A stretch of DNA of 62,395 bases, counting the filler, from Collodictyon triciliatum (taxonomy: Eukaryota): NCBI GenBank assembly GCA_043381765.1. It is 8 parts of 8 records of this genome, joined end to end, with 100 filler letters (N's around TTAATTAATTAA, not from the genome) between each part and the next. Parts side by side here need not be neighbours in the genome. Positions count along the whole stretch, not along the records: positions 5,560 to 13,867 come from JBHJMP010003483.1; positions 13,968 to 22,276 come from JBHJMP010003484.1; positions 22,377 to 30,684 come from JBHJMP010003485.1; 5 more parts are not named here. One strand, given 5' to 3'. Positions 11,368-23,492 of the stretch are shown piece by piece. The notes under the pieces were generated by a model, which saw only the letters and a program-made list of their open reading frames with translations, searched no databases and had not been told where the DNA came from. How positions within the stretch are numbered: the stretch's first letter is position 1; each line of letters begins with the position of its first letter. A program made the translations under genes and the position numbers.

Positions 11368-13215
11368 GTTGTTGTTGTTGTTATAATCGCAATGTCTAAA
11401 CCTAAGATATTCTTGAACATGATCACTTAATTTACTCTTGTCAAGTCCAATCCGTGTAATCCACATAGTAATATTTTTTGATGTCTCACTCTTTTTAACA
11501 CTTACTTAACTGCGATGCCAAATACGCACTCTCGCGGCACTTTTTAAGTGGTAAGGCTTCAAGAACTATTCCAGATTTTGTAAATTCGTAGATTTATGTC
11601 CTCAAATGAAATGATGCGCATCATATTCAGAAAAATACATATTTATAGAAAATGTTTTCAAAGTCCTTTCCAAACTTTTTTAAAATCCTTTTATTCTCTT
11701 GTGATATCCACCACCTATCATCACAGGAGAAAGAGCGTTCAGTCGCCAAGTGGAAAAAAGCCCTCAAAGGACCCACCCGGTTTCCTCTACACCCGACAGG
11801 CGTCGTCCCGAAAAGCCAGCCTATGAGCCACGCGAAAGGCAAACAAAAACACCAACCGTCGGACGGCCCCTACGAGAACCAATTCTTCTTGGGGTGGGAA
11901 ACTCTGGCACAACTGCTGCACCTACAAGAGGATATCAGCAACAGCATAACAAGAATGCTTTTTTATCAGATGCCAAACAGGCACAAATACGAGATGGCAC
12001 CCAAACCCGAAGCGATAATCCTGATAAGCCAAGGGCCCAATCTAAGGGATCACAATATCGAAGGCGCTATAGTGACTCAGAAAGGGCACAATCTAACCAA
12101 CTTCACAATCCACATGTCACAGCCAGTGCAATTCCTATTGCCTCCATAACAAACTCAACCGTGGCCGAAAGAACACGCAAAAATACAAATTCTGAGACAA
12201 AGGAGGATGCTTCTGAAAATAACATTCATTCCCTTCCTACTCAGGCATCAACTAAAAGCATAGACACTGCGACCGGGAGAGCTGTCACACCAAGACCAGG
12301 CCGAAACAAGCACAAGAAGCAAGATGATTCTAAAGACATAGTGCTCGATGTTGTGGTTAAATTTAAGTCAGCACCTCATGAGGACGAAGGCTCTGAATCA
12401 TCCTCTGTCCCAAATGTGAAGCTTTCGTCAAAGCAACACGAAAAATCTCGTGGGAGCGACCTTAAGGATGAATCAGGTAAGAGCTTTTATCTACCGAATC
12501 AATTACTTATGAACATCTACATATAAAATCAAATTCTATCCAATTAGCTGTATTTTTTTTTTAAAAAAAAATTATCAACTACACAAACAGAATTTTTAAG
12601 GCTGTTGTCATATATTCGGGATGGACTTATAATTCTTAATCTATTCTCACAGAAACCGCGGTCGAGGTCCAAGAAGCTGCAGATACTCAAATAAGAATTA
12701 AAGAAACCATGAAAGCCGACTCTCAATCTGACGGCTTATCTAGGCCCGGAAAGCGCCCGCCCAGACAATACCAACGCCGCCAAATTCACAAAGAAGACAA
12801 TCAAATTCTGCTGGCCACTCAGAATACCGCTTCTCCATCGGCCACTAAGGAAGGAGATGCCATTCCCTCAATTGAACCACTAGTTCTCGAAAGCTCGAGA
12901 AACGAAAATCGAAGTAGCAGGCAAGAAACAGACATCCAAAATGAAAAACCAAGAAACTCTACTCGCTTAGTCGATGAGCGCCCCATGAGGTCGAAAGGGG
13001 TACCCAATGTAGTTTACAGGAAGAAACAACAACCAGGCGGCCACGAATCACAAAATCCCAAATCATCAGGTGGTTCGGTGGAAAACGGGGCCGCAGAAGA
13101 AAATGTTGCATTGGAGCATACACTCGACGGAAGGAAAGAGGAGGGGAATCGCCAAGTCAGGTTCGAGAATGGAACAAACGAGGCTCAACATCATCCCACA
13201 CCCGGGTCAGCCTAA
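8919..13215 (+). CDS. FMR1/FXR-family-like RNA-binding protein: tandem Agenet/Tudor, KH0, KH1, KH2, long disordered basic C-terminus
   Basis: Exons 8919-8983, 9177-9462, 9564-9830, 10108-10224, 10382-10513, 10672-10761 and 10898-~10998, then less certain exons to stop 13215. Motifs: [116 protein letters not shown]. Confidence 0.88.
9875..10001 (+). repeat. Intronic (GTT)n microsatellite
   Basis: Direct inspection; lies inside FMR1-like intron 3. Confidence 0.95.
11213..11385 (+). repeat. Intronic (TTA)n/(TCA)n/(TTG)n compound microsatellite; similar (TTA)n tracts at 5587-5692, 13770-13867, 22377-22610, 25887-25984 and 30586-30675
   Basis: Direct inspection. Confidence 0.95.
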
Positions 13216-13768
13216 GCCAGCTAGTTCGGCAGCCTCCGACCTATCGCACCCCTCGAAATCGCCCCTTTTAAATTAAAGTTTATTTCTTCTGATATTATAT
13301 TTATCTAACTATATAGATAATATAATATCATCTTCCCTTTTTTTTTTCTTTTTTGGCCACCGTCTCGTATCCTCAACAATCTATTTTACCATTCTCGTTA
13401 CATGAGACAATTTTTCTACCCACCATCTCCCAAATACAAACAAACATCCAAAAAAACACCCATTCAATCACTCAATCATTCAATCACTCAATCACTCAAT
13501 CATTCTCGGGATTTCTTGATAAAGCAAGAGATTATAAAAAAAAAAATGAGCATGGGTCACTCCGCCCTCATTAGTCCAGATAAAGGCCAATCATATTCGA
13601 ATATTCAAAACTTTGATTTTTTTTCATTCGACGATCCATTGTGCTAATTGCCCAGGCCATGAAGGGATAAGAAGCAGCGGCCGGGTGGCTCACGGAGCAA
13701 AACCAGGAGCGCCGAGAACTATATATTCATCATTATCATCATCGTTATTATTGTTACTACTACCACTA

Positions 13769-13867
<99 letters not shown>

Positions 13868-13967
13868 NNNNNNNNNNNNNNNNNNNNNNNNNNNNNNNNN
13901 NNNNNNNNNNNTTAATTAATTAANNNNNNNNNNNNNNNNNNNNNNNNNNNNNNNNNNNNNNNNNNNN

Positions 13968-15100
13968 TGGGAGTTCCTTGCGAGAGGAGCTTCTTGGTTG
14001 GGTGGCGGTAGTGGGCTGAGGTGGTTCATCGTCCTCGTCTTCCATGGCTTCGGGTGATGGTGTCCGGGAGGGTTGGGCTGTCTTTCACCCCTGGACTGCG
14101 TGGGTTGCGAGGGTTTGCGGTTGGGTTTGCCGTGATATTTGCCCTGGTGCTTGTTAAGTTTGTTTTCGTGTTTAGGCTTCTCCTTCCATTCAAGGAGGAA
14201 TATAAAGGGGATGTGGAATCCTCGCAAGGTTATTTTCCTATTTGGCACTTTGGACAGTTCTGATGCCGGGAACTTGACCAGCGCTTCATTGGTCCAGATA
14301 CCGTCCACAGCTTTGTAGTAAACTATCGTAGGCGAAAATGTTGCTTTGCAGGCCTCTTCAATGTCTGCCTTGGTGGAGCCTGGGGGGATATCGCCGATGA
14401 TAGCGGAGTGGAGAGGTGGCCTCTCTTGGTATGGACGGAAAAAGCGGTTGAGTAGTTTAAACTGTCCTGCTTTGGCAAAGTCTGCGGCGTTTTGTTGGTG
14501 CGGGAAGGCTACTGTGTAACCTTGGGGTTGATTGTAAAGCTGCATGATGACGTTCTCCTCGTAGCATTTGAGTCGTTTAAGGACTTGGGCGAGTTCTTTC
14601 TTCGCTTGGTTGCGGGCTTCGTGGTCCTGGGGCAGTTTGTGCTTACCTCGAAGGCGGACGTAGCAGCCGGCTCCGTACAGGTTCTTCTCATGGGCTCTCT
14701 TTGACCGGTAAATCGGTGTGGTCGAGGAGCCTTGGTCGAGTTGTGTCCTCGATTCTCGTGCGTTCGAGTGTGTTTGTCTCAAGCTTGCACTTTCGACCCA
14801 TACACTCGGGTCGAACTCCATGATATTATTCTGTTCAAGGAATCTTTATCTTATTTTTAAAAAATCTTTTCTATGCGTAACAGCTCTAGTTGTTGGTGCC
14901 TGTGCCAGCAACCCCTAATCCTAGTTGTAAAGGATCAAAGCTCATTATCACAAATCCTTTCTGCTGTCTCTACAACTAGATTTCACACCGAAGCTAGTCA
15001 CCACCGCGCAAAATTGTTTATGAGAACTCAAACACTCGCGCCTGTCCATCTAACAAACCTTTCCGGTATACAGTTGCCCGTTTAGATTGCTAGCTACTAA
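13968..15100 (-). mobile_element. 5' end of a non-LTR retrotransposon (L1/Tx1-like): 5' UTR plus ORF1 (ATG 14821), truncated by the contig end
   Basis: Intronless, GC-richer ORF in an intron-rich genome. Two RRM-like units (GYTVAFPHQQNAADF; AIIGDIPPGSTKADIEEAC..DGIWTNEALVKF..VPNRKITLRG) followed by a basic Pro/Lys-rich tail resemble LINE ORF1p. The upstream boundary is approximate. Confidence 0.65.
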
Positions 15101-15262
15101 CCAAATACAAATTAAAAACATTCGAAAACCAAAACTAGAATCAATCAGTAAACGAAAACAATGAATTGAAATTCTCATTACAAGCTAACACAGAATCGTC
15201 GTGTTTCTCATTTTCAGTTTATTGAGAAACGTGTCGGATATATCTGCTATCCGGTCTCGAAA

Positions 15263-18200
15263 TTAAAAAATTTCTTTCTCAAAAATCTTCAACTGGATTA
15301 GTTTTTGTTTGATCACACCACTTCGGAAGAGGGGAAAGACAAACGCGGATGATGTAAAGTAGACCAACCAAATTGAGTTAATTCCAATAATCAGAGCGGT
15401 AATCCATGAATTTAAACCGAAAAGAGTCGATAAAAGTGAAAGAAAGAAAGACAAGAGAATGATGTAGAGACTCGACAACTCCATTTGGTTTTCGATGATT
15501 GAGTCGTATGGATTGTATTTCTTTTGCATCCATATGGAGCCCTACAATATTGTATTCAGATATATAAATTTAGCACTTGTCGAGATAAATAACAATTGAA
15601 AATTACCATATAGCTGTTTTTTTTTTCAAACCTGAATCACAATAACCAGAAGCAGAAAGAAAACAGCTGGGTTGGTGTATGGAATAACGCTGAGGACAAA
15701 TGAGAATGCCACTCGACGCACAATTATGACGAATTCCCAGTACTTGAAATTCTATACAAAAATGAACCCAAATTATTTGAGCGATACATAAACCATAATA
15801 AATTGGTCAATACCTCTTTGTATGGCAAGTACAGAAATCCATATATCTCCTCTTCACCATGACCAGGTCTCTGGAATATGTCCCTAAATTTCTTGAAGAC
15901 AAACACTGGCAATCCAATCATGAACAACACAAAAACTGGAATTGAGATTGAGAGCATATCTTGGAACTCAATTGAAGCTGGGGCGCATCGAATCCATGGA
16001 TTGTAATTTAGATACCAGCTACCCTCTCCACTGTCATATACTGTGCATCCAAAAACACCAAAGACATCTCTCGCAATCGAATAGTAAATGAAAAACAGAA
16101 GATTCAGAGTGATGAAGACCACCTGTTTATCATTAAAATTCAATAATCAATAATATTAATCCTGCGCACCATTTATATTCATTGGAATATTACCTTATTC
16201 CGCTTGTGCTCATATCCAACCTTATATGCAGTTAAACCTACAAAAATAAAAAGGGGTATTCTTGCAAAGCTAAACAAGAGATAATTGAAAGTGTCACTAT
16301 TCCCAAGGGCACAAGAAAGGTTTGGAAATTGAATCGAGCCAACAGAATAAGATGTTTCAATAAAATTATTTGTTTCCTCCGACTGAACAAGCCCAGTTGA
16401 TATAATCGACAGTGTTTGCATGTGAAACAAGATTATTCTAATTTTTGCTAAAGAAATTATATTTTATCAGTATAATAATTCCCTTATTGAATATTCCTAT
16501 TCTAATTCTATTTCTATCATGAAAATCGTAGTTGTACCTGATTTTGATGTTTCTGAGAGGTAAAGGTAGCTTATAAACATGAAAAATCCAAGAGAGCCGA
16601 TAATTAATGTTGAATACTTGGTTCCATCGTCACACTTTACACACGACCTTCCTTGGTTTCCATACCCCCTTTGACATTGGGAGCAAGCGTGACCTTCATA
16701 TCCTTCCAGACACAATTGAGTGATTGTAACGCTAGTGCTTGAGTTCGATATTTTATTAGGAATCTCTAAATGACATGACTCTGTTCGCGGACATGGAATG
16801 ATTGATTTTACTGAAGTGACATTTGGTGAAGAGTAACAATATTTTAAAGATGTTCCGTCGAGACATTCACACTCTTTCGGACACTGAATACAATTATTCC
16901 CAAAACCAAAATATCCAGGCAAGCATTTACAAAATTCGAATTCATAATATTCTGGATTTAAATCCACATGTAGTTCGATTAGACCAGATTTTGATACTAT
17001 GGATGGGCAAAGGAAACGTTTTGATTCGTTTTCTAAATTGAATGGTGAGGTAAAACTCATAAAATTAGGAATAAAATAATCTGTTCCATGATGCAATAAT
17101 GTTTCACTCAAATCCAACTTCTCAAGTTTAGAAAACTTGCTGTATGATTCAGGAATACTTCCTACAATTGGATTTCCAGACAGGTCGATTGAATTCCATT
17201 TTAACAAAGTTGTAAGTTCTTCAATTTTAGAAATATGATTGTTCTTTAGACTAAGCTTCCTTATACTAAAGACAAATTCAAACAGCCACCAGTTTAATGA
17301 ACCATATATCTGATTGTCATCAAGAAAAAGATTCTCATAAAAGTATTCATAATTTCCCGATGTAGGCGAAACGAAAACGCCAAGTTCTCCAGAGAATGAG
17401 TTGTTTTTTAATTCAATTGTAACTAAACTTGGAATATTCCAGAAATAAACAGGCATAGTTCCAGTGAATTTATTGTGAGACAATATTATTGATTTCAACT
17501 CCATGAAATTTTCAAAATTATTAGGAACAGTTCCATTCATTTCGTTCCATGATAAGTCGATGTATTTGATTGACAGAATGTTCCAATCACCTGGAATGGA
17601 ACCAGATAATCGATTTTCACTTATATCTAAACTTGTAAGGTTTGGGAAACTGAAAGAAGGCAATGTGCCGTTCAATATGTTTCGAAATAATATTATTTCC
17701 TTGACGTTGATGCAATTTCCAAAATTAGGGACTAAGCCTCCAAGCGAGTTTTCATAGGCAGAAAAAATTTCCATTTTCTGTAGATTTGAAAAATTTGGTA
17801 TTGTACCTATGATGTATTTAAATTGATCATGAATCAACCTTTTGCTAATTATTAAATCAATTTTGAGACTTTGAGACTGTATTATCGAATCAAATTGAAA
17901 GATACCTGTCAACCGGTTCTTGTCGATAAATAATTCATCAATGAGGAGAGTATTGTTGAAGTCAGGAATGCTTCCTTTTTTTTTTATAGAATTTTAGTAT
18001 AAAATAAGAATCATGTGCCCTTAGAACCTACCTGTTAATTCGTTGCTTGAAAAGTCCATCTGAATAATTGTGTATAGACTGCTGAAATTTGGTATCATCC
18101 CTAATTTTAACACATTGAATGATGAGTTGGTGTAAAATTTTACTTAATTATGGTTTTCTAACCCGTCAGTCGATTATTTCCAAGTGACCAATATTTTAAT

Positions 18201-21200
18201 GTCTCCATATAGTTGAAGTTTGGAATAGTTCCTTATTTCGTTTTGAATAGTTAAGTCAGTCTCTTAAATATTTTTAAATCGAGTAAAGAAAAAAATCTTT
18301 CTGTTCAAAATTTAGGCAATAAATAGATATACAAAAATAATGTATGTTAACAAACCATTCAGTTGATTGTTATAAAGAAACATGTATTTAATATAATGAA
18401 GTCTACTAAAGTTTGGAAGCGACCCTATGATATTAATTAATTAATTTTCAATGAGAATTAATTCAACCTGTCTCTGAAATTTACCGCTGAGCTTATTGCT
18501 TGAAAAATCAATATATTCAATATTTGGAATTCCATCGAAATTGGGAACCATCCCTAAAAAAATAAAATAAAAATAGAGGCTGTGAGTGGTGGTAATACGA
18601 ATAAATTACATGAATAATCGTTTACCCGTCATTTGGTTGATTGAAAGGTTGATTTGATATATATTCGGAATACTATTGAAATTCGGAACATATCCTGTCA
18701 TAGAAATTAAAAATCGTCAAATTTTGGATAATAACTCAGAATAAACAGAATATTTTTCACTGCATTTTTCAATACTCATCAATTTATTGTACATATATGA
18801 TACTATTGATTTAAAAATCCAGAAATTTTTTGAAAGTGGAAGATCAACCTTCAAGTTTATTTTTATCGATGTGTATTTCTTCAATATTCACTACATTTTG
18901 AAAGTTTGGAACGGTTCCTATTATTGAATAATGTAAATTATAAAATGTGTAACATGATCAAAATCATTCAAACAAAAAATCATTCTGATTTGTACAGGTT
19001 TCATCAATGACATACTTTAATATTCATACGTAATACATACTGCGGCAATTTAATTATGAAGTTTTCAAATATGCAATATTTTAGAAAGTTAATTAAAAAA
19101 TTAATCAGACACACCATCTAGCTGGTTATCATAAAATATCAGTTCCCTTATATTCGGAATCTTTCCAAAATCTGGTATAGTACCTTTATAATAATAACGC
19201 CAAAGTGAATTACATCGTTAAAAAAAAGGAATAAATAACATATGAGATAGCATTACAATATTTCTCAATAATTTAGTATAATTCAGGAGAACCATGAAGT
19301 CGATTTCCATATAGACTTATCATTTTAACTTTAGGAATGGCACTAAAATTTGGGATAGTTCCTGGCATATAAAGGCACTATTAGCGACTGCAAGCAAATA
19401 AAAATGAATGGGCCTTACCGTTGAGAAGATTAGAGTGTATATTGATAAAATCGATGTTTGGAATATGATTGAAGTCTGGTATTGTCCCTACAGGATATAT
19501 AAATATTAAAATCATCGACTTCAACAAGTAAATATCGAACTAACCAGCTAGTTTATTCCTATAGAGATATATCTTCACAACAAGAGAGATTCGACTAAAG
19601 TCTGGTATTTTTCCTATGAGAGAATTTAAATAAAATTTTGAACCGCCATGTACCATGTTCAGATGATGTAAAAAGAATAATTATTCAAATACCTTGCATT
19701 CCGCTTCTATATATTCCAATAATTTCAATATTCGGCAAGAAAGAGAAATTCGGCAAAGTTCCTTAAAATTGGTATGAGTGGTTTATTTATATAATCATAT
19801 ATATATTTACGTACGATATTTTGGAGGAAAGAAGAAAATACCTGTAAGTTTATCACTAGCCCCAATCCAAAGAGTTGTTGTTAGTGGAATTCCAGAAAAA
19901 TTGGGTAGAGTTCCATTAAATTTATTCCTGTCTATCTCTAAATACTCAATTTTTGGCATTTCTTGGAAGTTGGGGATTGTTCCAGTCATATGATTGTTAT
20001 AAAGGTCCAAGTAAGAGATGCTTGGATAGTGAGAGTCAGGGAGATTTCCGTACAAGAGGTTTTCACTGAATTTTATGTATGTGAGAAACGGAAATTGCTC
20101 GAGAATCGCTGATGCAACTTCAATATCACCATGAAGATTGTTTTCGGGCATCCAAATTTCAGTTATGGAACATGTGTTCTCCTAAATGAAATATTCAAAT
20201 ATTTTGAGTAAGAGAGAAATAAATTTAAGTTAAAACGAAGTGATAGAATCTATCAAAAGGCTCACCACATAGTGTTCATGAGGGCAATATTCATCACAGT
20301 TGACTCCATACCATTCACATATTGGAATGCTGAAATTTCTCCAACCAAAGTTATGAAACCAATAATCACCATCGAGTATGTTGTAAAGTCGAACAAGAAG
20401 CTCATACTGACTGTTTGTCTTTCCATCACTTGCCCTCTTATCGTATTCACCCTTCGAAGGCGATTTTTTTGGGTGTTCATAAGTTGATTTGTAAATTCCT
20501 TTATAGAAATCAATCTCATTAGCGACATGTTTCCTATCGTATCTCCAATCAGCACGATTAATTTTATCGCCACTCAATATATCATGCTGTTGACTATTTC
20601 TCGCCTCCATATCACTCATCGAGCCTGGTTTTTCCATAAAAAAGCAGGTTTCATCGTAATGCGCCAGCAAAATTTGAAAAGCGTCCTCGGCATTCATCGA
20701 CAGTATATCATTTCTCGATAGTCGACATCTAGTTTGGATAGTGAGTTATACGCATCATAATTTTTTTAAAATTCACTATATACCTATCAATATGATGAAA
20801 ACTCCTCGTCGATGTAACCATAAAAGATATTGAGATGATAATAGCCGTAAGCTTCAGTAATCTGCATATAATTTTTTTTTTTACAAAAAACCAATTCTCA
20901 GATATTTCATGAATAAATCTACTAATTAGAGAAAATAGGAATATAAGAAAATAAAAGGTATGTAAAATAATAAATTAATATACAAATGACACATTCCATT
21001 CAATTTTTATGATATAGCAACCTTGAAATATTCTGAAAAGAATATTGTTCTAGGCCCAAGATACTGACGCAAGCAGATTTTCTTTCTTCCACGTTTGTTT
21101 TCATGCTTCCGTGGCTAAATATATGATAAATTTTATAATTATTTAAGCATTTTACAAAATATATTTGAATCGAATAAAGGAAAAAAATTCCACAAAATAA

Positions 21201-21249
21201 GACATATATAGACGCACTACCAAGAATGCGTAGCTTTCGATGTCTCCAT
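15263..21249 (-). CDS. Large LRR receptor-like membrane protein: LRRNT cap, >20 extracellular-type LRRs, Cys-rich/EGF-like region, about 8-9 TM C-terminal domain
   Basis: Cap W..FGWRNFSIPICEWYGVNC; repeats LxxNxLxGTIPNF; CLEGYEGHACSQCQRGY; TM region with YGFLYLPYK..YWEFVIIVRR and NPYDSIIENQMELSSL. The start is in frame at 21249 or 21104 and is uncertain. Confidence 0.85.
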
Positions 21250-22377
21250 GAAATCCAAGTCCCCGACCTAAAGTGAATTTTTTTCTCTTAAGTGTGGCCG
21301 AAAATCGGACTCAAAACAGATACACCAATTTAAAAGTGAATGTAATTTTTTTATGATTATATTGAATCAAGGACTAGAGGACATTGATATAGTTGAAAAC
21401 AAAATAATTCGACTTAGTCTTTAATGATAAAAGTCAATCATTGCGGTTTATTTTATTTATATTTGCATTTTTGATGGGATTATTTGCCTTTTTCCAAAAT
21501 AATACAAAAATATTTAGAGTGTTTAGAAAATAAATGAATTGAAACTTTAATTTTTTAAATGCTTTTGATAAAGCACTAGACAGTAAGCTCGAATATTTTA
21601 CCAAATAATTACAATTGAATAAACCAGTTTTGGATTTTTGAAAAACATTTGTCTAATCACACATACTGCTCCATTTTTTATAAAGCATAGTATATTCTTT
21701 GTAGAATGCATTTTCGACATTTGAAGCAAAATAGGAAGGATATAATGCATATTTATTTTTGAATCAATAGGATAAAATAGTTGATTATATAACTAATTTA
21801 TACGATATTTGATTGTTCCTAAAAAAATAGTATGTATCATTATTAATATGGCTTATGTTGATATTGGTAAATATATAAGTATGTTATAACATAACATCAA
21901 CTTATGGAAGAAATCTTGGGTTTAAATTTTCTGATCTAATATATGCGATTTCTATCAAATGTCCATTATAATTGTTATTATTATCTTCACAAATGTGTAA
22001 TTTAATAGATGTTTATTCAGAAATAGAGCCTATAAAAATCTCATGCTCATTCATTGGTTGTAACCTCTGAGATCATTTAAAAATAAACTTACTGGTAGTT
22101 GGAAAAATACTCTTGAATTCTGATAATATATCAAAAATTTATTAAGATAAGTACATAATAATAGCTTTTCCGTTATCAAAAAGAGAAAAGAAAGAGAAAA
22201 GAAAGAGAAAAGAAAAAGAAAAGAAAGAGAAAAGAAAGAGAAAAAAGAGAAAAAAGAGAAAAAAGAGAAAAAAGAGNNNNNNNNNNNNNNNNNNNNNNNN
22301 NNNNNNNNNNNNNNNNNNNNTTAATTAATTAANNNNNNNNNNNNNNNNNNNNNNNNNNNNNNNNNNNNNNNNNNNNC

Positions 22378-22476
<99 letters not shown>

Positions 22477-22500
22477 CTTTGAGTCGAATAAAGGAATAAC

Positions 22501-22573
<73 letters not shown>

Positions 22574-22962
22574 GTAAGAGTAAGAGTAAGAGTAAGAATA
22601 AGAGTAATAAATGAACAGGATAGAAAGGAAATGAATCCGCCCCTGCAGCGAGCTGGACACCAACACACCAACCGCTTCAGCGATAAGCCTCTGTCCTCCC
22701 CCAAACACCTGACTCGCCCATCACGTTGTTCTTCAAGTATAAATGGAGCAAAGCGGAAAGGACCAGAGTGCATGGGCTGAGTAGCATGGCTGTGTGGCAG
22801 ACTCTGTGCCTGTCTGAGGCTGCAGATTTTGGGAGAGGAGGTGACTCCAGCTGCCGCCGTGTCTGCTGCTCCGTTCAGAGATCAGTCAAAAGAACAAATA
22901 TAAGGGAAAAAGAGTATTGATATAGAATTTAATATATGTATTCCCATCTCTCTATGCTCCAA

Positions 22963-23034
22963 TCCAATATGGTGTAGTCGGCAGCACACGTGGCTCTCAT
23001 CCATGTAACCCGGGTTCGATGTCCGATAACGGAA
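22963..23034 (+). pseudogene. Degenerate tRNA-Glu(CTC) copy
   Basis: Colinear with the intact tRNA at 56370, but has two acceptor-stem mismatches (TCCAATA/TAACGGA) and a disrupted T stem (CCGGG/TCCGA). Anticodon CTC is retained. Confidence 0.8.
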
Positions 23035-23492
23035 TCTTCTTATACTCATCGCCTGAGGAAGAATTTTTTTCCCTTTGCTGAGCGCTGTTCAGGAAGCTGC
23101 GTTGCGCGAGGCTCTCTAGCCTGGATACATTGATTTCTCGTTCGGGTGAATCACTGGAGCAAGAGAATGCACGCACACTCCATAAGGACCACAGCATATA
23201 TCCTCTTGTGACTGCCCAGAATATTCTAGAGTCGTGCGCCAAACAGGATGTCAGACGCGCTGGGTCGGTTGGGAGCATAATCAAGCTGAGAGAGTATCTT
23301 CGTGAGGGGATTGAGTTGCTTTTTTGGCGTCTGAATTCTCATTTACAAGATATGCTGTCTTTATCACCATGGGCGGCTTCAGTCCAAGCAAAGTGAGAAG
23401 AGGAAGAAGAAAAGGATAAAACCAGGGAAACGAAATGATATAGAAAGTAGACTGGGTGAAAATGAGCAAGACGAAAAGCCCAGGCTCTGTCA

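Noticed and set aside
13913-13923. Recurring TTAATTAATTAA palindrome with regular ~8.4-kb periodicity as a biological repeat
   Set aside because: Always embedded in N runs; it is a six-frame stop linker added during assembly.
22619-22920. Terminal exon of a gene at the contig start
   Set aside because: Plausible acceptor at 22618, but the frame is ambiguous and the product unrecognisable. Not called.
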